Assembly: GCA_964016885.1 (NCBI GenBank)
Contig: OZ024745.1
Location: forward strand, 56,668,001 to 56,732,000
Reading direction: 5' to 3'
DNA: 64,000 nt
DNA from: Eledone cirrhosa
Lineage: Eukaryota
Shown here: positions 26,233 through 38,760 of the stretch, in pieces
How the letters are laid out: each line of letters begins with the position of its first letter
How positions within the stretch are numbered: the stretch's first letter is position 1
The notes under the pieces: generated by a model
Databases searched by the model: none
The model's input: the letters and a program-made list of their open reading frames with translations, nothing else
What the model was told of the DNA's origin: nothing
Translations under genes and position numbers: made by a program

Positions 26233-27425
26233 TCATTATAAGGTTTTACACATATTCTTCGTTTCCATGTAATACACCTGTGTTTCCCTTCTCTCTAATT
26301 GAACTCAACATTTTGATCACATCTTTACTCCCTTCCACTTCAATTTACTAACTTCTATGCATAACTCTTGTAGCATACATTTATTCTCATTCAATCCCTT
26401 AATAGCTATAGATTCTGCTTTTATCTTCTGTTTCAAAACATTATTCACTTAGAATTTTACTCCGTCGACATATTTAACAAGTTTTTATGCGTAAAGATTC
26501 AGTCGTTAAATAACATATATTTTCCCAGTGAGACGAATCATGGAAATATCAACAAAACTATGTAAATCTAGATAGCTAAACAACTGGGACTGCACCAACG
26601 TGTATAAGTATATACATATATTTAATAACGTAGGTATGTGAACATGCCAGAAATTAGGAATTAACCTGCAAATTAGAAAAAAATATTTATGATAAACACC
26701 TTTAAAAGGGAATGTATATTTCCTGGAATAGTTACATGCGCATATATGTAGATATGTGTACATAATTATACATATTCATGCATTTTTGGTTGCACACGCA
26801 TATCATACATATTTTACAATATATATATGAATTAATTACTAGTAGGAACGGTAATTATATGCAAATTAGTATGTCCATCTCAAAATAATATTAAGAAGGA
26901 ATAGGTATATGTACCCAGAAAATATAAATTTCCTTTCTGTTTGATTAGATTATATGCATGCCCTCTGGTATGGCTCCATTTAGATCCGAAAATAGATTAG
27001 AGGTATTTATCCTTTTTACAATTTGCAAGGAAATTCGTATTTATTGCAAGATTACAGGACTACATAATTAGATAGAATATATATTTATGTTGGGGCTATT
27101 TCGGATACACACTCCGTAGTTATACAGATATAACTTTATCATATACTATACATACATCCATACATATACATCAATACATACATACATAATCAGTATTGAA
27201 TGTTCGACTTTATATTATTAGACAGCCTTTAGATGCGTGTATATGTATGTATATGCATATATGCCGATATATATATATATATATATATATGCCGATATAT
27301 GTATATATATCGGCATATATACATATATCGGCATATATGCATATACATACATATACACGCATGTAAAGGTCCCACCACGCTTTCAGATCGACTCTCTCCC
27401 TTTCTCTCTTTCTTTCATTCTTTCT

Positions 27426-27516
<91 letters not shown>

Positions 27517-27883
27517 CATCTCTCTCTTCCTCCCTATACATCTGCTTGTTTCCGGTCTGATCACACACGTGTCGGTAACCCCATTTTGATTAACTTACTC
27601 TTACTCACCCCCTCTCAGTTCCGCTTTCTCCGTCTTTCTCTCTCTCTACATTCATTTTACTGAGATCTCCACGGAAAAACCTTGCCCCATCGGTACAGTA
27701 TAACTTTTTCTATTTTCTCCTCGATTACTTACTTACATGTGCAATTGTCCTGTTTTCCCAACTTCAATTCGGTATGTTTACTTCGGTTTTTCCTCTTTCC
27801 CTTGTTTTATCTTTTTCTTCCTCACTCTTCACTATCTCTTCTGTCCGTCATGGTCTTTTGATGGATAACAGGCCGCGGGCGCG

Positions 27884-27951
27884 CTACGGATCGATGTCCT
27901 GTTTTAAGCTCCGAAACATCTATGATCCGTAGTAAACAGCTGACGAAGGGC
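27884..27951 (+). ncRNA. Permuted hammerhead-like motif, copy C (core and all three stems formable)
   Basis: GATG-TC-CTGTTT-taa-GCTCC-GAAA-CATC-tatga-TCCGTAG-t-AAACAG-CTGACGA-AGGGC. Confidence 0.7.
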
Positions 27952-28802
27952 AACTTTCTTCTCTTGTTTACGTCCCTATTACCTTCTTACACTTCGTTTC
28001 AGTAATCACACAGCCTGCCTCGTTCTCTGTATCTGGGTGTATGTGCGTATACCACAATTTGGATGCACTTTACTAGTTGAATTCTAGATTAGCGGGAATT
28101 CTATATTTTGAATTTACCCATCATAAGGTGTGTTTTTTTCCCATGCAGTGGGATTCCCCTATATTTTAGAGGCCACCTATCATGTTAGCGTAAAACTGAT
28201 ATGTTTATTATCCCAGCAATACGCGCTAGTATGCACACACTACTGCCTAATGTATTGAGTGGAGCATACACCTGATGATGATATGCAATTGCCTGATTGT
28301 ATACTATCTTCTGATAATGCGAAATGCTCTGCACACTGCAGTTTTAATAATTGTTGTTGGACAGAATATTGCACGGAAACGCAATCTATCCACGAGCTAG
28401 ATACATAACATATCTTTACTCAAGCACAGTCACTGCACTCACTATTTAACCGTTATGTGTGCACTCTGAACATCGTGATCCAGTTTCACAACTACAAACT
28501 TGTTGATTCATTGCGTAAGTGAGGCAAGGCCGGAGGTCGCTGAAATGACATCACCGAATTTCGTAAACCGTGTATATATATATATTTGCACAGTGAGATA
28601 GAAATATATAAAATATGATTAAACATTACCAGAAAATAGGTCACCTTTTAGATTTTTCTATATAATTATCTTTCTCCTAATCTTATTCTCTGTGTATGAC
28701 TCACTCACTTCACACACATATTCTCTTTTTATATGTCCGTGTATAGTGTCCTATTTTTTTCTTTTAGTATAGATTAATTATATTTGTATACTTATTTATC
28801 CC

Positions 28803-28846
<44 letters not shown>

Positions 28847-30439
28847 CGGGAGTACAGATATATTAGAGCGTGAAATAAATGCACACAGATATTATGAGGT
28901 TGAAAGAAAGAGAAATGAATTTTAAGCGCTTCATTTCATTTTTGGTTTATGTTTACAATTTTTTTAGCGCTATCTTTTAGACGATATCTAAATCTGATAC
29001 TATATTTGAATGTCTTGTTTCAATATTTTTTTCAGATCAATACGAAATCCAAGTAATATTATAGACTTTTTCATATCAATTCGCCACATCTATGAATAAA
29101 TTAAACAATACAATATCTCGTTATATTACTGCTGCTATAGTTACTAACCTATTGTATTTTGGGCCAGTACAATGCGAGAAAAACGAATAAAATGCAACAT
29201 TAATTATGGAATGTAATATTTTATCAATAAGAAATCATGTAATTTTTTCTAGCCTTTATATATCTTGGTTTCCAAGGCATCGTATATTTATAATAGTATG
29301 CCAGTAATAATACACCTCCTCACCACTGTGTGAATCCGATATTTAATATAGTATATTCAAATTATGTACTTTTAACAAGTCACTCCACATCCCACATTCA
29401 AGTACAGATTCTGAACAAATATTGTTGACTCGATGCTGGTGTTCTATTTGGAAAGATAACATCCAAATACCATACAATTAAATCTTACCGTCTTCAAAAA
29501 AATGTTTTGTAATTGTAATCCGCTATAAGCAAGATAAGACTGAATAGTAACGATTAGTACGCATTCTGTCATATGCTTGCTGAACTTTAGACATGTCAGT
29601 ATATGTAGGATAATTTTAATATATACATACTTTCTGTACAATGAACTTTTACGACGATCACAGATTTTTGTCCTTTCATCAGAAATCGAAAACTGATAAG
29701 GATTATATTGGAAATTAAAAGGGATTGCAATGAATGTCGAACCTAATAATGAATATAAAAATTCCTTCTCTAATTTGATTTAGTTTAGTAACGTGATTAA
29801 ATATCACAAATTTATCCGCAAGAAAGCATACATTATAGAAATGTGGAAGCCTACAACATTTGCTTTTTTATGACATGAAATCATTAGATCATGACTCAAA
29901 TCTCCGATATGAAAATCATAAGGTACATTCGCATATGTTACGCATAAATATTTATTTCATTTATTAATTAATACAACGAATATTATTTACCCAATTACAT
30001 TGCCAAATATATGCACTTCAGGTAAAATTGACTGGACACTTCTGTTAAATAGCACACTGTGGTGTGTAACATCTGTTATAATGATCTAATGTAGGTAGAA
30101 GAGACAAGAATCTGTGAAACTTGGAAAAGCAATCTGTTATGTTTTTCTGTGTAGAGGGCATATATCAGAACATTGAGTTATATTTTTTTCCGAGGGGCTT
30201 TGTAATTAAATAGTTTGACCTTTAATTCATTTCAAATGCGAGGAACATTGACTGTGACGAAATGTACAACCAGTCTAACAAATGTATTTTTAAATACATA
30301 TATACTCAACTTCGCTTCTGCCCAAGCTACATGATTCAAGAACTATGACGCATGAGTTGCATAACGTATAGTGCTTTTCTAACTATTACATTATGTTTTA
30401 TTAACCTGAATATCAGTGTTACCCATACAACATAGATGG

Positions 30440-30474
<35 letters not shown>

Positions 30475-30562
30475 TTAGTAATAATAATAAATTTGAAGAC
30501 GAAAATCCAAAAAGGCTCGATACGGATAAATATATATCAAATATATATGAACCGTAGAGCAA

Positions 30563-31584
30563 ATATTTATTAAAATAACAGATTAAAGTTTAAGCAAAGA
30601 ATCGCTGCTTTCACCCTTAACGGGATCTTCTGAAACTAACAAAGTCAATCTGTGAACGCAGAAAGGGAATATTTCAAAAAACGTTGCAACCGGAGGAAGA
30701 CAGGAAGACGATACTTTGGTTCGTGGAAACGTTCCCTGGCAAAGAATGGGAAAAAACGAATATAATACGTCATTATTTGGAGCGGTGAAAAACAATTACA
30801 CGCAAAGACAAAACCACGTTTATGGTATAAAAGAAGTCGTAGACAAATATTCTATTAGGTGGTTCATAGAGACGTTCTCAGGAAATGAACGGAAAAAACG
30901 AAGATAATACGTCATATGTGGACCGGGGAGAACAAATGCTCGCAAAGAGAAAACCACGTAAATAGTATAACTGAAGTCGTAGACAAAAATTCTAACTAGG
31001 AAACCGTGCGTGTATTTGTATACCTATGACGAGTGTTTTCGCGTATGCTTGTGTATGTACGTATATGGATGCGTGTATGTATTTATTTCAATTACCTCTG
31101 TATTTTATTTACTTTATTCTTAACTCTGAAGCCGAGAATCATTCGGTTTCCTAGTTAGAATTTTAGTCTACGACTTCAGTTATACCATTTACGAGGTTTT
31201 GTCTTTGCGTGCAATTGTTCTCACCGCTCCACATATGACGTATTATCTTCGTTTTTTCCCGTTCATTTCTGAGAACGTCTCTATGAACCACCTAATAGAA
31301 TATTTGTCTACGACTTCTTTTATTCCATAAACGTGGTTTTGTCTTTACGTGTAATTGTTTTTCATAACTCCAAATAGTGACGTATTATATTCGTTTTTTC
31401 CCGTTCTTTGCCAGGGAACGTTTACACGAATCAAAGTATCGTCTTCCTGTTTTCCTCCGGTTGCAACGTTTTTGAAAAATTTACTTCTGCGTTTACAGAT
31501 TGACTTTGTTAGTTTCAGAAGATCCCGTTAAGTGTGAAAGCACCGATTCTTTGCTTAAAATTAATCTGTTATTTTAATAAATAT
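30563..31584. repeat. Long inverted repeat (arms ~30563-31006 and ~31144-31584) with an internal ~130 bp duplication
   Basis: ATATTTATTAAAATAACAGATTAA.. matches ..TTAATCTGTTATTTTAATAAATAT; flanked by (TA)n; same family as 43530-43735. Confidence 0.9.
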
Positions 31585-31600
31585 GTATATATATATATAT

Positions 31601-32001
31601 ATATATATTGGTAAACGGAATAGAAAATGCTGACAAATTGTTCACAGTTGAAAAATGGTTTAATTAGGAATAAAAGAGTATTAGTGATTGTATGGGTTAG
31701 TATTCAGTTGTGGTTTTAAGTTTTTAAGTTTTTACCGGTTGCGCATTTCTAAATGCTTTTCAAAAATAATTTTGAGATAGAGTGTCCGTGCTGTTTGCTC
31801 TGATCTGCAAACAGCACGGACACTCTATCTCAAAATTATTTTTGAAAAGCATTTAGAAATGCGCAACCGGTAAAAACTTAAAAACTTAAAACCACAACTG
31901 AATACTAACCCATACAATCACTAATACTCTTTTATTCCTAATTAAACCATTTTTCAACTGTGAACAATTTGTCAGCATTTTCTATTCCGTTTACCAATAT
32001 A
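31601..32001. repeat. Essentially perfect hairpin, ~195 bp arms with 8 nt spacer
   Basis: ..GTGTCCGTGCTGTTTGC tctgatct GCAAACAGCACGGACAC..; single-arm copy at ~54510-54710. Confidence 0.92.
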
Positions 32002-32032
32002 TAATAACTTGTGTGTTACACCTCTATTCTTT

Positions 32033-32194
<162 letters not shown>

Positions 32195-32219
32195 ATATTT
32201 ATACATATATATATATATT

Positions 32220-32246
<27 letters not shown>

Positions 32247-32252
<6 letters not shown>

Positions 32253-33085
32253 ATACTTTGGGAGGGTCATGTTGCCAATAAGAAACACACGCACCAGTTG
32301 CTTTCACTTCAATTTATTATATATTTATAAATTTATAAATTTGTAAATTTATAAATTTCTGGTTGGTTGTTTGGTTCCACAACCAGATAGTTGTTTTTGT
32401 TGTTTATATATAGTCATAGTCCTTTCGTCACACATTCTGTGACCTCTTCAGTGACTGGGGATTCTTTTCTTTGTTTCTGTGCCTCTCCTTTGTTCTGTCC
32501 TACGCCATTTTTTTATCTGTGTGTGTGTTGTGTGCTCAGTTTGCGCATGCGCCACATCCGGGTGTCTGTGTGTGTTTATGTTCATTTATCTATTTGTTTA
32601 TTTATTTATTTATTTATTTACATGTTATTGGTTGGTTGTTTGTTCTATGTGTGTGTGTGTGTTTTCATTTTGTCCTTAATTGTAAGTTGTGATGTTGCTG
32701 TTCCACCAATAACATGTAAATTAATAAATAAATAAACAAATATATAAATGAACATAAACACACACAGACACCCGGATGTGACGCATGCGCAAACTGAGCA
32801 CACGACACACACACAGAAACAAAATGGCGTATGACAGAACAAAGGAGAGGCACAGAAACAAAGAAAAGAATCCCCAGTCACTGACGAGGTCACAGAGTGT
32901 GTGACGAAAGGACTATGACTATATATAAACAACAAAAACAACTATCTGGTTGTGGAACCAACCAACCAACCAGAAATTTATAAATTTATAAATTTGTAAA
33001 TTTATAAATATATAATAAATTGAAGTGAAAGCATTTGGTGCGTGTGTTTCTTATTGGCAACATGACCCTCCCAAAGTATAACAAT
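32247..33085. mobile_element. PLE remnant: two inverted pseudo-LTRs, each with a hammerhead, within (TA)n
   Basis: Arms ~32247-32635 and ~32706-33085. The centre retains the last codons of the GIY-YIG ORF seen at 48014 (WNSNITTYN). Confidence 0.88.
32876..32920 (+). ncRNA. Minimal type I hammerhead motif (mirror copy on minus strand at 32412-32456)
   Basis: AGTCA-CTGACGA-G-GTCACA gagtg TGTGAC-GAAA-GGAC-TA-TGACT. Confidence 0.75.
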
Positions 33086-33143
33086 ATCGGTTTCAACACA
33101 CGATTTCAGATAAAGAATCTTGCTAAACAAATTCAGAAACGAA

Positions 33144-33174
<31 letters not shown>

Positions 33175-33229
33175 TATATATATATAAATATATACATATA
33201 TATATACATATATACATATATATATATAC

Positions 33230-33279
<50 letters not shown>

Positions 33280-33440
33280 TTATATATATATACATTTATA
33301 TATATATATATTTATATATACATTTATATCTGCTTCGTAGAATAGAGACGTATGCGATTTCAAAGTCAGGTCGCCAAAGAAACGATTGTAATATGTCTAA
33401 TACATTTTATTCGTCGCACCACTGATTCTCCGTTTCTTAT

Positions 33441-33497
<57 letters not shown>

Positions 33498-33533
33498 GTA
33501 TGTGTGAGTGTATTAATATATGTTTGCATATAT

Positions 33534-33589
<56 letters not shown>

Positions 33590-33824
33590 ATATATACAAA
33601 CATATATGCATGTACACCCCCACTCATACACACATATATAAGTGTCCAATATATATATATATGCATGTTATTAAGGCTAAATTGTGAGCTTTATAACTCT
33701 GGAGTTTCACCTGTCAATCTCTAGTGTAATAAGGATCACTATTTAGCCTAAATGAAATGAATATTTAAATTATAATTCCTTATTGAGAGCACTTCTAATT
33801 CGGCCCTCAGCGCATATACACATA

Positions 33825-33956
<132 letters not shown>

Positions 33957-34094
33957 AAAACAGGGAGAAAGAGACGACTATTGGGAAGAAAAATATATTT
34001 TTTCCCTTTTTTGTTTCTCTCTCTTTTTTCTGGGTTAGAAAATGGTTAAAACGAAATGTTTTACTTTGTGTGAAGTGTTAAGGTATATATATAT

Positions 34095-34520
34095 GATTCT
34101 GAACTGCAGCGATGAAATTTTGTATGAATTCATTTCAACTCTTCTTATTAATAACTGCATCGTTTCTGTCCAGGTAAACTGATACTTGACTGTTGAAGGG
34201 AGATTTCAAATGTAACTAGTAGTGACGTGTCTTGAAAATGGACATATTTTGACATTGTGTTCTTATCAATTACCTGCGGAAAATTTATTTAGCCACCAAG
34301 GACATTCATGCTGACTTTGTTGCTACATTAGATGATGTCGCTTCAGCTTTATCAACACCGCAAATGTGGGCAGATGAATATATAAGGGGAAACGAGACGT
34401 GTGTGGACGTCCTACAACTGTCACCACGGAGGATAACATTAATCATATTCACTATATGGTAATGATCCGGTGATTAATTATAAATCAAAAACCAATTCTG
34501 TTAGTATATCTAGTTTTGCA
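34095..34520 (+). mobile_element. Mariner (Tc1/mariner) DNA transposon relic, 5' part of transposase
   Basis: Degenerate translation ..LATKDIHADFVATLDDVASALSTPQMWADEY..GRPTTVTTEDNI..; subterminal sequence shared with 57604-57792. Confidence 0.65.
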
Positions 34521-35799
34521 TTGTATCTCAATGTTTTCATTGCTGGACATTATCTTGCTAGTTATATCCAGAAAAATGTTTCCTTTTGGCAATATATAAC
34601 GTTATCTCTTCGGGCTACCGAATTTCATCGAAACGCCAGTTAAGTTAATATATAATACTATCGTGCTGGATGCCAACGATCGAACATGATATGGCAAAGG
34701 AAAATAGAACTATACTATTAAATCCAAAGTAGTTCGCTCGTGTAGTTTAAATTTGGCTCATTATTAGTAGCCGGAAATTTGTATCGATCACAAATAATTC
34801 AACCATAACATAAACATATGAAATGTTTTATTGTATTATATTGATCCATCAGTTTGCCACGTTGAATGAACTAACTGATCTTCAGCTGAACATCTGTCTT
34901 TCAAAATATTATCGGAGATATTTTCTATTAGGTCATTTGTATAGTGGTTACGTATCGATTGAAATCATTATGCAAATATACTTCTCCATGAGTATAATCT
35001 ATTCTATACGCAAGGCTATGAGAGTATATATATATATATATATTAGTTTACAATATAATCGACATTTGCTATTCCTAGATTTCTAGGTTAGTATGTACGT
35101 GTGCGTGGGTGTATAAGTGCGTATGGGCAAGTGTGAAACTGTTTTAGAAAGTCATCAATTATTGACATTGAACTAACATTAACAATATAAAATGAAATAC
35201 GAACGTGGAAGCATATTATGCCAGATCGAATATAATCTAGGAAGGTTTAGTTGCCATATATTCTAGTAAGAATGCTAACTTAAATATACTATGGTCACTT
35301 ATCGCAAGGATATTATATAGTTTCTATAAAATAAAAGATTGAAAGGACAAATCACATCGGATTGTAGTCGTTATATTGTTTCAAGAATCTCAGATATTGA
35401 TATGAGCGTCGTATGCATGAATTCTCCAAAATATGGAACAATGTGCAAAGATCATATCTCAACTAGCGCTATGAGAGATTAGGGTAATTATCCAGAGGGC
35501 TGAGAATAAATGCCCTGCACACAATTAACATATTACTATGAATGATTTCATAGCTTACTCGCTGTGTCGTGAGCACTTTATCACAATCTTGTATGGCTAC
35601 TCAATATTCTCATATCGATTCCTTGTCATGCGCTGACACATTTCTCTATGATGATAGGCCTTAATTCTCCAACGTAAAAGTCAGGGAAAGATAATAATCA
35701 TACATTATTGTCATCAGTTCACAGTGTGTCTCGTTTTATCTACACCTTGGTTCTCGATTGTTTCTGATATTTATCCATCATCCCCATAAATAGTGAGTG

Positions 35800-36060
35800 T
35801 GCATGGTTTTATAACTAAAGGCACATCTGACAGAGCCTCTACAATCAAAACTTTCGAAGTTCCACTCGCCTTTGAAAACGCTCCCATTATTTTCCACAGT
35901 CCAATTGGCACTTTTCTAGTTGTCCCTCTATGTAAACATTACAGTGTATGTAACATCTCTATGATCAATTTCTTTAAATACATTCCCCAAAACTGCATAT
36001 AGCATAACCAGATATTAAAGTCAGCAATCCAATACACTACCTTATTGCTATAAAATCTGT
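35800..36060 (-). mobile_element. Possible CR1/L2-type LINE relic
   Basis: Minus-strand remnant resembling YAVQFW...(R)ATRKVP; very degenerate. Confidence 0.25.
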
Positions 36061-36575
36061 ATGTTCCAGTTACTTCTTTGATGTAAGACACGCATAGTGT
36101 CTCTTAACAATACACTTTTTTTTTCGATGGTGATCAATGCCTCTAAAATTTAGTTACATAACTTTCCTAATATATTAGGTCTGAGATATAAGCTATTAAT
36201 TTGAGTATATGTTCTTTTGCCTCTCTTATGGGTAGGAGATATGAACTGTAGGTGTTCACCATTTGCATGGGAACTTTAGAAACCTTTTTTGAATTGCTTG
36301 CGAAGGCATTTCGTATCACTTACACATTAGGGAAGAAATCCGCGTGAATTGTGAAACAGATTTGCATCATTATTACAGTATTAGTCAACTCAAGTATGTG
36401 TGTGGGATGTGTGTCCCCTGAAAAAACATACATGTTCAACTTAAGTATCAAATATCCGTGACCTAGGGGAAATAAATTTCTCCCATATTAAAATAATTTC
36501 TATAGTCAGTAAAGCGATATATACATTCAGTCAGTCACACAAATACATATTTATATATTTATATATATGTGTGTT

Positions 36576-36609
<34 letters not shown>

Positions 36610-37555
36610 GCATACACACATACATACCGGCACAAACATAAATAAAACTCCCTTTCCTTTACATTTCCTTCTGCTTCTTCTGATTTTCTGTAGGATATAC
36701 ATGAAACCAATATATCTATCTTTATTCATACACAACACATTGTATATTGTTACGTTCACGAGCACTGACTTTTGCTTAGATATTATATACCGTTTTCCTC
36801 AAAATAATATTTCCCAAGAGTACGAGATTACTGGAGAATTTGACACAGACTCCCGCACATACATAAATACACACATGTATATATTTGTATATGAATATTT
36901 ATATATGTTTGTGTATGCACACACAAAGAAACACACACATACACGCACACATACACACACAAACACACACACACATATATAAATATATGAAATAATAGCC
37001 ACATATCCTTCGACAAAGGTCGTGAACATAAATGCATCGAGTTTTCCGTTGGTAAGTAAATATTGTGCGCTACTAGAAACTGCGGCGGTAGGTGATATTT
37101 ATGTGGAATGTATTAGAACGAGTGATTAGGTTTATACAGACATTGCTTTCCTGCATAACTACTCCGCCTCATTAGAGTTAGTAGATTCCAATAATGTATT
37201 CATTAAGAGATCGTTATTCTTTCGCGATGTATATATGACTGTATGCATAAACGTATATAATGTATGTATCTATTGGTAGATGTAGAACCTCTTAGTTGTG
37301 TACAGTTGCTAGATTTCATGGATGCTACTATAGGCATACATTGTCTCATTCATACTGAAAAATGAATACATACATATGTATCTATATACACATACACACA
37401 CACACCTATATATATATATATATATGTATGTATATTCATACATATATATATAACGAAGGAAGTGTCGTAATGAACCAGGTGGACCATAACGCACCAGAGT
37501 ACTCGATACTTTGGGTAGTAGAGTGGGTAATAGGAAAAGAGTCACAACCCCGCCG

Positions 37556-37626
37556 GCAGAGCTCAAGCTGTTTCGACAGCTATTTCTGATCCAGAAATAG
37601 CTGTCGAAACGGCTAGAGCTTTGCCA
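37556..37626. repeat. Short fold-back containing a hammerhead 3'-half-like string
   Basis: GCAGAGCTCAAGCTGTTTCGACAGCTATTTCTG atc CAGAAATAGCTGTCGAAACGGCTAGAGCTTTGC. Confidence 0.7.
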
Positions 37627-37647
37627 TCGGTGTTCTGACTCTTTTAC

Positions 37648-37713
<66 letters not shown>

Positions 37714-38297
37714 GTATAAAGTGAGGAAGAGCGAGTCAAGTCCAAAAATTTCCATGAATTTAAGTTCGGTGAAATCGTGAACGAGAGAGAATAAAGACCA
37801 TCAAACCAAACCTGCTTGAAATGTGAGCAATGCTTCCTCTTTCTCTGTATCTTTACCCTCTCTAACAGTCACTCTCTCTGTTAGCCTCTTCATCACCCTT
37901 CACTCACTCACTCTCTGTTACTACCTATCCTCCTCCTCCTTCTTCCCGTTTGACCTGTGCGTAATTATTTTCTTTCGCACACTTGACCAGGCCGGTCGGC
38001 ATTTTCTCTCGCTCTCGTCTACGATTTCACAGAACTTATGTTTACCGAATTCACAGACTAGAGCCCTTCTTCCTCCCGTTAGACCTGTGCGAAATTCCTT
38101 CCTTGCTCACATTTCAACCAGGGCTGATGGTCTTTATTCTCTCTCGTTCACGATTTCACCGAACTTAAATTCATGGACATTTTTGGACTTGACTCGCTCT
38201 TCCTCACTTTTCGTTGCTTCACCATCTTTGTTTGTTTACACTCTCGCTGGTCCCTTTATTTAAATGTCCCAACGAATTTCTTTAGCCGTTGCTCGCA

Positions 38298-38369
38298 CCA
38301 ACCGGAGGTATATGGTCTTTAAAGCGAAGAAATACCGATGATGGTTGGAAGATCACTGATGAAGGACCA
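38298..38369 (+). ncRNA. Permuted hammerhead-like motif, copy D
   Basis: CCAACC-GGA-GGTA-TA-TGGTCTT..GAAA-TACC-GATGAT-GGTTGG-AAGATCA-CTGATGA-AGGACCA; lies in a diverged relative (~37830-38420) of the 11764-12655 repeat. Confidence 0.65.
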
Positions 38370-38413
38370 CTTTATTCATATGTAACCCATTTGCAACTCC
38401 GCAGCACGTTTAT

Positions 38414-38464
<51 letters not shown>

Positions 38465-38502
38465 TATAGAGGGAGAGATACATATATGTATTATATAATT
38501 AT

Positions 38503-38760
38503 TTTTCTTCGCCCATTATTCTTGAAAGGGTCGTGGAGGAAGATTCCTCAAACACTCATTCTAACGGGTCCTGTCAGAAGCAACGGCCTCCAACTGATCC
38601 GGCTGGATCGATCCTCAACACTGACCAGCCAAGATCATGGATGTTATCCAAATATCTTCCTCGGTGTCTACCCTTCGGTCTCCTGCCTGTTTCTTTTGAC
38701 CGCAATATCTGTCAAGCGAATCTTTACTGAGACATTCGAACCACATTCCCAAAGTAAACT
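38503..38760 (-). mobile_element. RTE-clade LINE 3' relic
   Basis: Homologous to 44566-44800. Confidence 0.55.

Noticed and set aside
28265-28335. CTGATGA followed by a hairpin
   Set aside because: No GAAA positioned after the stem and no stem I/III partner.
30770-31010. Repeated GTCGTAGACAAA / AATACGTCAT segments suggesting an array
   Set aside because: A simple ~130 bp internal duplication in a eukaryotic repeat; not CRISPR-like (no unique spacers, no cas genes).
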